DNA from: Glaucostegus cemiculus
Lineage: Eukaryota
Assembly (NCBI GenBank): GCA_976551045.1
Contig: CDPCPM010000059.1
Coordinates: 4,774,001 to 4,838,000, forward strand
Length of the DNA stretch: 64,000 nt
Direction: 5' to 3'
Position 1 is the first letter of the stretch. Each line of letters opens with the position of its first letter. Positions 24,795 through 36,479 of this stretch are shown here, piece by piece. The notes below the pieces were generated by a model. It was given only the letters and a program-made list of their open reading frames with translations. It had not been told where the DNA came from and did no database searches. A program made the translations under genes and the position numbers.

Positions 24795-25478
24795 TAAGGA
24801 GCTCCTGGTTGCAGCGATTTTAATTCCCCTCCCCATTCCCACACTGGCCTGTCTGTCCTCTGCCTCCTCTACTGCCAGGGTGAGGCCAAACGTAAACTGA
24901 AGGAACAGCAGCTCTTATTGCACCTAGGCAGTCTACCCACCAATGGCATGAACATTGAATTCTCCAGTTTCAGGTAACCTGTTCCCTCTCTGTCCCCTTC
25001 TCTCCTCCTGGTCTACCCACTTTCTCCTGCCCATACCCAGCCCCCAACCCCAGTGATCTCTCACACAGTCTCTTTCTATTCCTCCACCTGCCCATCACCC
25101 ACATACTCCTCCCACCAAGTCCCCTCCCCACCCTCCACTGTTCCCATCTGCCCACCCTGCCTCCATCATTTGGTTCCATGCTCCACCTTCCTTTCCCATC
25201 AGACTCCATCTGCACCCCTTTCTCACCTCCACCTACCAGCCTCTGTCACTATCTCCACCCTTCCCTCCTCCATCTGCTTATCACCCCCTCCACACCTGGA
25301 TCCACCTATAGCTCATCAGCTCTTGCCCCGCCCCTTCCCTTCACCTCTTTATACTGGCCACCTCCCCCCTACTCTCAGTTTGGATGAAGAGTCTCGACCT
25401 GAAACATTAACTGGTCATTTCCCTCTGCAGATGCTGCCTGACCCGCTGAGTTCCTCCAGCATTTTGCTTTTTGTTTCT
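24795..25478 (+). mobile_element. Penelope-like element 3' end: GIY-YIG endonuclease C-terminus, C-rich UTR and terminal repeat
   Basis: Translates FNSPPHSHTGLSVLCLLYCQGEAKRKLKEQQLLLHLGSLPTNGMNIEFSSFR* (stop near 24977). This fits the HFN...E...I..L.tl.P.G.N pattern of Penelope GIY-YIG domains. The terminal part matches the many short copies in the window. Confidence 0.85.
25376..25413 (+). ncRNA. Degenerate minimal type I hammerhead ribozyme motif in the Penelope terminal repeat
   Basis: cagtt (stem I), tggatga (CUGAUGA with substitutions), a, gagtc-tc-gacct (stem II, imperfect), gaaac, att, aactg (stem I complement). Probably inactive. Confidence 0.6.
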
Positions 25479-25736
25479 TTGCTTGAAAATTGGCTTGGCG
25501 ACAGGAGGCAGGACAGTGGTCAAGGGGTGCTTTTCTGAACGGAGGTCTGAAACCAGTAGAGTACCTCAGGGATCAGTGCTGGGACCACTGCTGCGTGTCA
25601 TATATATAATTAAATGAAAATGTCCACAGTCTGACCAGTAAAAGTTGCTGATGACACAAAGATTGCTGAAGTTGTAGACAGTGAGGATGGTTGGATCAGC
25701 TGGAATGTTGGGCAGAGCAGTGACAAATGGAATTTA

Positions 25737-25830
25737 GATACAAGAGATTCTGCAGATGCTGGAATCTGGAGGAACACACAAAGTGCTGGAGAAACTCAGC
25801 AGGTCAGGCAGCATCTATGGAGGGACATGA
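25737..25830 (-). mobile_element. Short Penelope-derived fragment inserted in CR1
   Basis: acaagagattctgcagatgctggaatctggag...aactcagcaggtcaggcagcatctatggaggga. Confidence 0.85.
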
Positions 25831-26215
25831 ATTAATCCAGACAAGTGTGAGGTAATGCATTTTAGGAGATCAAAAACTAATAGGATAAACACAGTACATA
25901 GCAAGGGCCTCAGGACTGTTAATATACAGAGGCAGCTTGGGGTGCAAGTTAATGGGTCCTGGAAAATGGTGACAAAGGTGGATAGGGTAGTGAAGAAAGC
26001 ACTTGATATTTTTGCCTTCATAGGCTGAGGTATTGAGTATAAGGGTTGGAATGTCATGTTGTTGCAGTACAAAACACTGGTCAGGCCGCACTTGGATTAT
26101 TATGTACAGTTCTGGTCACCACATTACAAAAAGAATGTTGTAGCAGTAGGAGTGTAGAAGAGATTCACAAGGATATTGCTGGAAATGGAGAGCTTTACTT
26201 ATAAGAGGAGATTGG

Positions 26216-26512
26216 GGCAGGCAGGGTAGCATAGTGGTCAGCTTAACGCTATTACAGCAGCAGTGTCCCGGGTTCAATTCTGGCCATTGTCTGTAAGGAG
26301 TTTGTACGTTCTCCCCATGACTGCGCGGGTTTCCTCCGGGTGCTCCAGTTTCCTCCTACATTCCAAAGATGTACGGGTTAGGAAGTCATAGGCATGCTAT
26401 GTTGGCACCAGAAGTGTGGCAACACTTGTGGGCTGCTCCCAGAACACTCTACGCAAAAGATGCATTTCACTGGGTTTCAATGTACACGTGACTAATAAAG
26501 ATATCTTATCTT
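26216..26512 (+). mobile_element. Full-length V-SINE type A with 7-bp TSD
   Basis: A-box-like tagcatagtgg, B-box-like ggttcaattc, V-domain, and tail ending aataaagatatcttatctt. Flanked by agattgg (26209-26215) and agatcgg (26513-26519). Confidence 0.9.
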
Positions 26513-28479
26513 AGATCGGACAGGCTAGGTTTATTCTCACTGGAACGTAGAAGGCTTATGGGTGGCTGAATAGGTGCTTATAAAATTGAGGGCCATAGAC
26601 ATGCGAGATAGTCAGAGTTTTCCAAGGTGAGAGGAGAAACAATTAAAGAAGATCTGAGCGGCAAGTCTTTCCACACAGAGAGCGGTGGTTAGCTGGAACG
26701 AGCTGTCAGAAGCAGCAGTGGAGGCAGATACAATTACAGCATTTATAAGGCATTAGGACAGGTACAAATAGGAGGGGAGTAGAGGAATATGGGCCTAATG
26801 GGGGCAAATGGTATTCACATAGATAGGCATCATGGTTGGGATGGATAAGTTGGGCTGTAAAACTGTCACTCCATTGCTTCACTCCTATAGCCCAGTGTTA
26901 TTGTAACATTCCCTTCACACATATTATTCTACTTAATCCTTATGTGGATATTGCATCATTTTGTAAAACGTCCCTCCAGAAAAGTTAAATCAAACCATAA
27001 ATTAAATTGGAGCTGGATTGACAAGGTATTTTACAGCTTGAAAAATAAGGATTTTGTGGTTTCCATTTCATTCAATACAGCTGCTGACAACTCATCTAGC
27101 TGACCAAGCATTGTAAAAATAACCAGACACCACACACAGCAGTGACTCTCCATCATGCGGAAACAAAAGAAATGAAACTACAGAAACTAAAACCTTTAAC
27201 AAAATACACAATTCACTTTGAGTTATTCCTAAAATTTCACATATATTTCATCATCATTTATTTTTAAGAGCAGTTTTTTTCCCTCTCCTTTCCACCTTTC
27301 ACCCCTGTAACACCAATCTCTGGTGATTCCCATACCAATGTTTTAGCTGTGTCCCACTTGAGAATGATTTGTATTTTCCCCAACAACAAGCACTGCCCCA
27401 AAAGACCTTCCCAATGCCCTCATCTCCACACTAATGCTAATTGAGTAAAAGCTATTTGCATTTCTAATTGTACCTTCCCCACGTTAACTTTAATGTTCTT
27501 CCCCCCCCCCCGCCCCCACCAAAGAAACTACACAACACTGATTGATAGCCCATGACTTAGAGGGTCACCCATGCAGTGCCTACAGTATAACCAGCTATGC
27601 CTTTAATATGATCGACAAGAACTTATTATGAATCAGAAATGTAGAACTCAAGTTCAACCATAATACTAAAGGTCAAAAAGAAATTGGCCATCAGTGTCTG
27701 GGCTTAAATCAGGAATTTTGCTAAAGCTAATAATGGTCTTAACTCTTGCTTGAGGCCTGCCAATCACTGCCATCACACCTTCTCCCCATCCACCCACTCA
27801 CACCCACTGCTGTGCCAGAAGACTGATTTACCCCAAGATTGCTTTGTACTGGCTGAACTCAAAGAACAGGTCTATACACAGCCTGACGGATAGTCATTGG
27901 CTGTCATCAAAGGGATCACAGCAGTCCATAGCTGAACACATATACCTACCAGAATACAGACCTACTAGCAGAAGGGGTGCACCAGTAGACCCCACTCTCA
28001 AAGCATTGTGGTACATTGCTGACCACCACTTCCCTCTGATCACCATTGCTACTTCCTTCCAAGCATTGCTACCTTCCAATCTTGCTCTTCCCCTCACTAC
28101 CCCTTCCATGACTTGCCCAAAGGCCTTTACCAGCCTGATCTTCCACTCCCTTTACCAGCGAGGTGACTCTTCACCTGCCCCATTTCAGCCCAAGACAGGC
28201 ACAAATCTCCTCCATTCTCTGACCACTAACATCAGCCAACCACAAATTCATGCCATCCGAGGGATCCAGCCAAAGGTCTGTCGGAGCCAACTACTGTAGG
28301 GCAATGGCTTTTCACAGTGTACAGGAATCTGGCTGCATAGATGTCCACCTTCTCACACTATGACTAAATCTAACTGAAGAATCCTTAAGATAAATCCCAA
28401 TGAGTAATAATTTTCTTGTTTCTTCAGTTGCAGGCAATTTGGAGTCTGCTTGTGGAGGCTCATTGAGAACAACATCCAA

Positions 28480-29366
28480 TTTGCAGTTTTCACCAAAGTT
28501 GGTGGTATAGTGGACAGTGAAGAAGGTTGTCTAAGGTTACAACAGGATATTGATCAACCAGAATAATGGGCAAAAGATTGGCAGATGGGATTTAAATGCA
28601 AACAAGTGTGAGGTGATGCATTTTGGGTGGTTAAACCAGGGTGGGATTTACACAGTGAATAGCAGAGCCCTGGGGAGTGTGTGTGGAACAGAGAACCCTT
28701 GGACACAAGTACATAGTTCTCCGAAAGTGGTAAAACAGGAAGGCAGGGTGACAAGGAGTATGGCGTGCTTGCCTTCATTGGCTGAAACACCAAGTATAAG
28801 AGTTGGGATGTCATGTCAGAACTGTACAAAACATTGGTTCGGACACATTTGGCGTATTGTGTACAGTTCTGGTTGCAACTCTTAGGAAGTTAGTGATTAA
28901 GTTAGAGATAGTGCAGAAAAGATTCACAAGGGCGTTGCCTGGACTGGAGGGCTTGAGTAACAAGGAGAGGTTGGATTGGCAGGATCCATTTTCCCTGGAG
29001 TGAGAGGTGACACGATAAGAGGTATATAACATTATGAGGGGCCAGTTAGGGTAGATACCAGCGTCTCTTTACCACGGTGTAGGTGTCTTAAGCTAGAGGC
29101 CACAGGTTTAGGGTGGGAAGGAAGAGCTTTAAAGGGGATCAGAGAGGCAAATCTTTCACAGGCAGTGTAGCTAGTACCTGGAATGAGCTGCCAGAGGAGG
29201 GAACAGAGACAGGAACAGGCAGTTACCTGGAGAGGTACTTGGATGAGCAGGGCATAGAGGGATATGTAATTAATGCAGGCAAATGGGATTATTATAGATT
29301 GGAATGATGGTTAGCATAGATGTGGTGGGCCAAAGGGCCTGTTTCTATGCTGTACAACTCTATGCC
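28480..29366 (+). mobile_element. CR1 fragment (RT C-half to 3' end)
   Basis: NANKCEVMHFG and LEIVQKRFTRALPGLEGLSNKERLD; ends tgggccaaagggcctgtttctatgctgtacaactctatg. Confidence 0.9.
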
Positions 29367-29478
29367 TCTCTTGCATACATTGTACCCAAGCTCTTTAAAG
29401 TGGTCTGAATGGATAAAATTAACTTACCATTATAGGGGAAAGGGTGCTGATCCCAATGAAGGGGGACAGGACCTGCTA

Positions 29479-29612
29479 AGAGAAACAAAGTACTGCAGAT
29501 GCTGAATATGTAGATGAAAAACACGATGATGCTGGAGGAACTCAGCAGGCCAGGCAGCATCCGTGGAGAAAAGCAGGCGGTCAACGTTTCAGGTCAGGAC
29601 CCTGCTCAGTCC
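29479..29612 (-). mobile_element. Short Penelope-derived fragment
   Basis: ctgcagatgctgaat...gctggaggaactcagcaggccaggcagcatcc...tcaacgtttcaggtcaggaccct. Confidence 0.85.
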
Positions 29613-30317
29613 CACCCAAAGCCCAGGAGACTAAGAACAAAACTGCTAAAAATTTGTATTGTCCCAGTACAAATACAACCATAGCCAAAAAATCCTTTGT
29701 ATATTTAGCTCCCAGAATTAGAAACGGACTTGATAACCTCAATCTTTGAAAGCAATCTTCCAGGAGATTTGTGATTTTCTCTAAAACATTTCTGTGGCAA
29801 CACACACACACCTGGAGTCTATAATGGAAAACTACTGGAAAATTAACTCAAGGGCATGAAATACTGATATCTTTCTCCAACCCCTTTCCACCCACATTAT
29901 CACTGCTTTTAGTGGGCAAGATCACATGCAAGCATTAATTTCACCCACCACCCTTTGACAGTCATTAAAGAAATGCCCCCAGCATGGGACTGCAAGATGA
30001 AACAATCTCACTTATCATGAGTCAGATAGGGTTTTAGCAAAATCTAGCAAAAACATTACTGACCAGTGGAAAAATCATGAATGCAACTAACACATACAAA
30101 GCAGTACTTTTAACTCTGTAGATACCTAATCGCCAGTGGAGTAAATGTCTTTGATCTTATTCTTGTCACAAGCTGACAGATTTTGACCTCTATCATTCCA
30201 CTTAACAAACCAGCTGACAGAGTTTGTCTGAGCGAATAGGTAGCCAATATATCAAGTTCCCAGGGAGAGTGAAAGTCTCTCTCACACACACACACACAAA
30301 AAGAGGCAGAGATCTAA

Positions 30318-30635
30318 TGGGTGGCAGAGTGGGTGGCTGCCTCATAACTCCAGTGATCAGTGTTCGATCCCGACCTCAAGTGCTATCTACCTGAAGTTCA
30401 TACATTCTCCCTGAGACTCCATGGGTTTGCACCATGTGCTCCAGTTTTCTATCAGATCCCAAAGTCATGTTGGTAGGTTAACTGGCTATCATAATTTGCG
30501 CCTGGTGTAGCTGGCTGGCAGAAGAATTAAAGGGGAGTTGCTGGGCAAGATCACATGCGAGAGAAGAAACAAGTGAGGGAATGGGACTGAGGGGAACAGC
30601 CTGAGAGCCAGCATAGACTCAGTTGGCCAACTAAG
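30318..30635 (+). mobile_element. V-SINE type B (HE1-like, CR1-derived tail)
   Basis: Head gctgcctcataactccag...gttcgatccc, decayed V-domain, and tail gagagccagcatagactcagttggcca. Confidence 0.7.
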
Positions 30636-30794
30636 TCATAAGAAGATATGAATAAACAAAACAAAGATTTGCACTTATACATGGGAGACACAAGAGACTG
30701 CAGATGTTGTAATCTGGAGCAGATTGCTTGTTTCATTTATACACTGTGCGATATCCACCCAACCAGCTCAGCAGAAACTGGGCTGGTGAGAAGT

Positions 30795-30863
30795 GCGACA
30801 ATGGCCAACACGAGGGGACATAATTTTAAGGTGATTGGAGGAAGATACAAGGGGGATGGCAGA

Positions 30864-30915
<52 letters not shown>

Positions 30916-31120
30916 GAGTGGTGGGTGCCTGGAATGCACTGCCAGCAGAGGTTGTGGGTGCAGATACATTAGGGACGTTTAAGAGACTCTTAGATAGACA
31001 CATGAATGATAGAAAAATAGGGAGCTATGTGGGAGGGAAGGGTTAGATAGATCTTAGAGCAGGATAAAATGTCAGCACAACATTGTGGGCCAAAGGGCCT
31101 GTACTGTTCGATGTTCCAAG
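30795..31120 (+). mobile_element. Young CR1 3' fragment with internal T38 run
   Basis: TRGHNFKVIGGRYKGD...HRVVGAWNALPAEVVGADTLGTFKRLLDRHM. The poly(T) run spans 30871-30908. Confidence 0.95.
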
Positions 31121-33489
31121 TTAAGAATGGGAAGTTTACCCTCAGCTACAGTGATATTCCCACCATTTCCAACGTTACTCTGAAAGGCATTTGGAAGAAA
31201 CACAACTAAAAAGTCTCATGAATTTATGCAAATTTAGGTCTCCAAAACACAATGGGATTCTGCTGGGAATTTAAACAGCATCTAAGAGGGAGATTTCCCC
31301 ATCAAACTGACACATACCCTCAACTATGCACTCCTTCCCCTATTTCTTCTCACCCACTCCACTTCCAAACAACCCTTGGCTTCTTTCTAACTGCTTGAGG
31401 TTCCTGCAAACATTAATTATTATTTCAGACTGGGGTGTTTGTTATCGCTACAATAGACCTTCAACAGAATAATGTTGTTCAAGCAGAATAAATACATACT
31501 TAAGATCTGCACACTCAGACTAAACAAGGCCAAAAGTGATTGATAGTCATTTCATGTGAAACCAAGAGGTAAAGTTTTCTCTATAGGCTCTGCACTGGAA
31601 AGAACAACGGGCTCGTAACACGGGGAGAAGAGGAAGGGGGAGATCAGTGCTACCATGAATCTTTAGAATAAATAAAAACATTAGAATTGAGGAAGAATAC
31701 AATATTAGATAATCTGAAGAGTGAATTTCTCAGTTAATCAAATTCTCTCCAAAGGAAAGGCTTGATAGGCAGAATTCTATATCTTGGTGTCAAAGAAAAG
31801 GAAGAACAAAACAAGATGAATGAACTCAAACAAGTCAGTCTGCAGTGCAAGAGAGCATTTAGCTTTAAAAAGGAATCAACAGGAGGTATTGTTAAAATGG
31901 AAAAAATCTGGATAGATTTCCCTATATCCCAGTAAATTATTTTCCTTCGAGGATCTATCCAGTTCCCTTCTGAAAGCTTTAACTGCTTCCACCATCCATA
32001 CTGGGAGCAAGTTCCAGTGTTTAAACAACTACTCTGACTTTAGATGGGAGAGGTCCCATCTCAAAAAGTCTCTTCTCTAGAATTCCCCAGTTGAAGGTAG
32101 ATGGTAAATCAAACAAGGGATGTTTGAAGGTTAAGTTGTAGTTCAAGAAAACTTTATAGAAAGAGAACTCCTCCCTCCTCAGTAACAACTAACAGTTAAT
32201 TATTATTTTCCTTCCACAGATAATCTACAGACTGAATGTAAAATGTTCCCTTGCTGCAAGGAAGATCATTTAAACAAAAACATGCAAGTAGATGATGAGA
32301 ATGGGTTGGCTAAAGCTTAAACTTCTACTTTAAAAAAAAGACATTTCCTTCAAAGACTTACACAGTCCAGAGAACTTTAACAGCAGTCTTAGTGCATCTG
32401 CTCCACAAAAACCACTAATCCTGCACACTGCGATATCTCTGTGGAGTCACAAGGTCTCCCTATAGAACAAGACTGTCTTGCTTTGAGACATTTCTCTGAG
32501 CTAGCAAAACAGAAAGATATTAAGTTTCCTGTCTTGGAAATCAAACCATGTACAACACAGCTACTATTTAAAGAACTGATAATCGGAGGACAAATTCTTT
32601 TAGATCCCTTTTTCCAATTACGCATAGCTATTTATCTTGTTCATTTTTGCAACAAATCAATTCATTGAACTAAGCTGTTCAGTTAAGCATACCTCCTCTT
32701 TAATCCAGCAGTCATACCCTGTAACAACAGAGATTAAGCCCATAACACTGTTCCTTTTCAAATTGACAAGACATTTTTATGTCCAGCTCCCTTCTGTTCT
32801 AAAACTGCTGCAAAGTTTGTGTCCATCACAGCAGTTGAGGTTTTTCATTTCCTTTTGATGGTGCATACAGCAACGCACCTTAAGTCATTTTATACTAACA
32901 AACATGCATGGAAATTGAAACAAAATAGATATGAATTTCACAAAAATGTTTTGGAAAATGTCTTTGTTTAAAGAAGATACACAAGGCCACACATCAGTTC
33001 TACCAAGGACATGACACCATACAAAGTGCTTTACATAATTATGTGCAAGTCTTTCCTTCTTAAACAGGACAATCACTTCCTTATTTTAATCTCATTTGAT
33101 TTTTTTTGCTTTGTGTTAACTCCGAAAAAGCAAACATACAAAGCCCTCTCCCAAAGCAAATGCCTCAACTTTTGATTCCTGATTGTGCGTGCTTAAAACC
33201 AGCTTTGAGAATGACGACCGTCTCTGCAATAATTGTCTTCCAGTTTTGTCTCAAATGGCCCAAATGAAGCTGGGGGATTCAATTTCAAAAATGCCACTTG
33301 AGATTCAAGGTTAATGTCATGAGACCCAGTTATAAATCTTAACTTTGGACTTTTCCAGCGTAGGACATTCTATCACTTGAAATGGTTGAGAAAACTAGCA
33401 TGCATTTAACAAAAGGGTGGAAGGGTACGCTGTTGAGGTTAGATAATGAGGGAGGCATGGCTAAAGCATGGAGAGGGGACAGTTTCCTC

Positions 33490-33790
33490 TGGTTGCTCAC
33501 AGCTCCAGCAACCCAGTTTTGATTCTGACCTTCTGCATGGAGCTGGCACATTCTCCCTATGACCAAGTAGATTCTCCTGGGCACTCCGGTCTCCTACCAC
33601 TTCCCAGAAGATGTGCCAGTTGGTAGGTTAATTAGTTACTGTAAATTGCTCTTAATGCAGCTGGGCGGCAGAAGAATCAGAGGCGAGTTAATGGCCATCT
33701 CAGAGAATATGCAACAGGGAAATAAGTGGCGTTATGAAATTGCTCCCAGAGCTGGCACAGACTCAATGGGCTGAATGGCCTTGTGTCATC
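33490..33790 (+). mobile_element. V-SINE type B (HE1-like)
   Basis: Sibling of 30318; tail gagctggcacagactcaatgggctgaatggcctt. Confidence 0.7.
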
Positions 33791-34056
33791 AGAAAGACAA
33801 ATAAAGAAATAAAATGAAGAATTAGCAGTGACCAGTTGGACCAAATGGCCTCTTCTTGTACTGTAAATTCTATTTTATGTAATAGGGCACTTTTATGGCA
33901 GCAAGAAGATTGTGTTACTGGACTAGCAACCCATGGTCTGATCCTGAAACACGAGTTCAAATCCCACGGTGACAGCGAAGCACACCTAAATATTGTTATT
34001 TGAATAAACACTGGTACAACTAAGGGTGAACATTACTGTAAAACCTATCCAAGGAG

Positions 34057-34620
34057 ATAAGAAATGGAAGCAGGACTAGGGCATCTCATCCCTCAAGCCT
34101 GCTCCTCCATTAAATCCGGCCATGCCTAATCTGATCTTGGCCTCAGCTCTACTTTGCTGCCAATTTACTCTAACCTTTGACTCCCCTACAAGCAAATAAT
34201 CTCTCTTTATCAGCCTTGAATACATGCTGTGATTCAACCCCAAAAGTTTCCAGGATGGAGAATTCCAAAGGTTCACAAACTTCAGAAGAAATCCCACCTT
34301 ATGACCCTTAAAATGGGGAGACCTCTTATTTTGACACTTATGCTGCACAGTTTTAGATTCCGCCACAAGCAGAAGTATCATCTCAGCACCACCCTTGTCA
34401 AGCTCCCTCAGAACCTTCCAGATTTCAATAGTATGCCTCTCATTCTTATAAACTCCAATGAGTATGGACCCAACATTTCTTCAAAAGCCAACCCTTCATT
34501 CCTGGACTCACCCTTGTTAACTTTCTCTCAACTAACTCCAGATCAAGCATAGCCCTCCTTAAATAAGATCAAAACTGTAGCCAGTACTCCAGATGTGGTC
34601 TCACCAAGGTCCTGTAAAAG
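34057..34620 (-). mobile_element. CR1 3' fragment
   Basis: ataagaaatggaagcaggactagggcat...ccctcaagcctgctcctccatt, through to ccagtactccagatgtggtctcacc (LVRPHLEYW on the minus strand). Confidence 0.85.
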
Positions 34621-34659
34621 CATCTTACTACAGGAGAATTTTTTTTTAAAAAAGAGTGC

Positions 34660-35005
34660 ATTCATTCACGGCATGTTGCTGTTGGTGACAAGCCCAGCTT
34701 TTATGGTCTATCCCCAATTACCTTGAGCTGATGGTCCTGGCACCCATTTCAGAGGAAGATTCACAATCATTACTTTGCTGTAGATACAGTGTCATACATC
34801 GCTCATATGAGGTAAGGATTTCCTTCTTCCTCGAAGTAAACCAGAGAGGATTTTTCCAACAGTCCATTGAACTGATACTGGCCTCTTATCTCTAGATTTA
34901 TTTAATCAGCTAAATTTAAACATAATTAGCTTAATTTAAATTCATTCCCATCAGCAAGAGGCTTCTGATTGGCTAGCCCAGTAATAGAATCACCATGCTA
35001 ACAAA
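34660..35005 (-). mobile_element. Old tRNA-derived SINE type C
   Basis: Sibling of 3105-3560. The tail on the minus strand is ctcaaggtaattggggatagaccataaaagctgggcttgtcacc. A plus-strand head fragment lies at 33895-34050. Confidence 0.6.
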
Positions 35006-35999
35006 CCACATCACTGCCCATTCGCCTAGAACTGGCTTCATGTTGAAACTTGTCCATAAATATGCTTTAAATGAATTACGAGTGGCTGAAAACCAGCCTT
35101 AAAATGGTCTGTTTTAAGAGCCAAAACCTCACAAGGTTCATAGGTTCATGTCTGTGATGCTGGAAAGGTTAAAACACACATAAACTATATCCCTAAAGTC
35201 ATCAAATTTCATCAGAACAATTACAGATACGCAACACTGGTGGAGACCATTTCTAAAGGGAATCCATCTACAGTTTCCAAATAACATTGGTTCTAAAAAT
35301 ATTTACATGAATTAAATTTAAACCTATGTTTGGAGGACAGCTGTCTGTAAAGAACAGCTGAAGTCATTCCCAACAGAGCTATTCTCGTGGATCAAGTCTC
35401 TGCTAGAAGGAACTATCTGGATTTCTTTTAGTTTTCATTGTAAATTAACCCAAAAGAAAATATACAATCATTTTACAGCACAAACAATGGACATCAACCC
35501 CATCACATCTGTGACCACTTCTTGGAAGTGTCATCGACTTAGTTCTATTCCCCTGGTCAGTGGCATTAACATTTTTTTCCAAATACCTAACACCTTTCAA
35601 TTTATGAATTACTCGAAAGGTTCTATTCAAATTTCAACATACAATGGGATCCAGCTCGGTATCTGTTTAGGTTGATTGCACAGTGTTAAATGCACCTGAT
35701 CAGCGCTCAGCTCGGGCTGGTTTGTTTCTGCTGCAAACTCCACGTAAACATTACCAGAGGTCAGCATTGAACCCAGTCACTGAGGCTGTGAGGCAGCAGT
35801 TCTACTATCTGCTCCACTGAGTCATCCTATCCCACTGAAATCAATGGAAGTGGACACTGGGCAGGGCGCAAAAGCCAAGTAATTCACAAGCACCGGGTTT
35901 ATGCTTCATGATACAATTACGCTGAATTCAACATCACCATTTACTGTAATAAAAACAGCGTATGACAGACATAATCAGAAGGCAGAATCTTTAGGAAGA

Positions 36000-36160
36000 G
36001 AAACTGAGCAAGTGTTTCAGGTGCAAAGTCTTTCATCAGAATTCAGAAAGAAAGAAAACAAATTCAACTTAAGTTGCGGAGAGGCTAGAGGAGGACAAAG
36101 GGAATCTCTCAAGAGAGGGCGAGGCCAGGATTGTTGTGGGGATAAACTCAAGGTGAAGTC
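36000..36160 (-). mobile_element. Penelope-derived fragment
   Basis: Minus strand ttctgatgaaagactttgcacctgaaac; similar to 40582-40720. Confidence 0.6.
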
Positions 36161-36479
36161 ATCCAGTTGATAGATTAATGAGGGTGGTTAGAGAGAGAGA
36201 AAACGTGAACAAAGGAACACAAAAGCTGTTTACTGTGTTGGGATTCAATTAAATTTAAATCACTGGATTGCAAACTTAATACCACAGCGATTAAACTCTC
36301 CTAACTCACTGTGACAAAATTTTGTACCAAGTCACAAGAGGAATGAGGTCAAATTTTGCATCCTGGTACAAAACAACAGGTGATAAACACTGAAGGAGGA
36401 AGCAGCAGAATAGAGGGGTTAACTTCTGGATTCCAACACTGTGGTAGCAACAGTATGGAGCAAAAACCCAGGCTAAAGA

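Larger units (their letters stand above)
24667..26890 (+). mobile_element. CR1 RT-to-3' fragment interrupted by three insertions
   Basis: Collinear CR1 pieces: 24667-24785 (EEVTKKIDEG), 25480-25736 ([17 protein letters not shown]), 25832-26215 (YKTLVRPHLDYYVQFWSPHY) and 26513-26890 (3' end). Confidence 0.9.

Noticed and set aside
25053-25538. Pro/Ser-rich 161-aa ORF
   Set aside because: It is a translation of the C-rich Penelope UTR and runs into CR1 sequence.
26216-26290. tRNA gene
   Set aside because: The A/B-box-like sequence is the head of a SINE and continues into the V-domain; I see no complete cloverleaf.
27844-28299. 151-aa ORF in unique-looking sequence
   Set aside because: It starts at TTG, has no recognisable domain or splice signals, and shows low-complexity C-rich coding.
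32362-32500. Minus-strand segment with good acceptor and GTAAGT donor
   Set aside because: There are stops in all three frames and no recognisable peptide.
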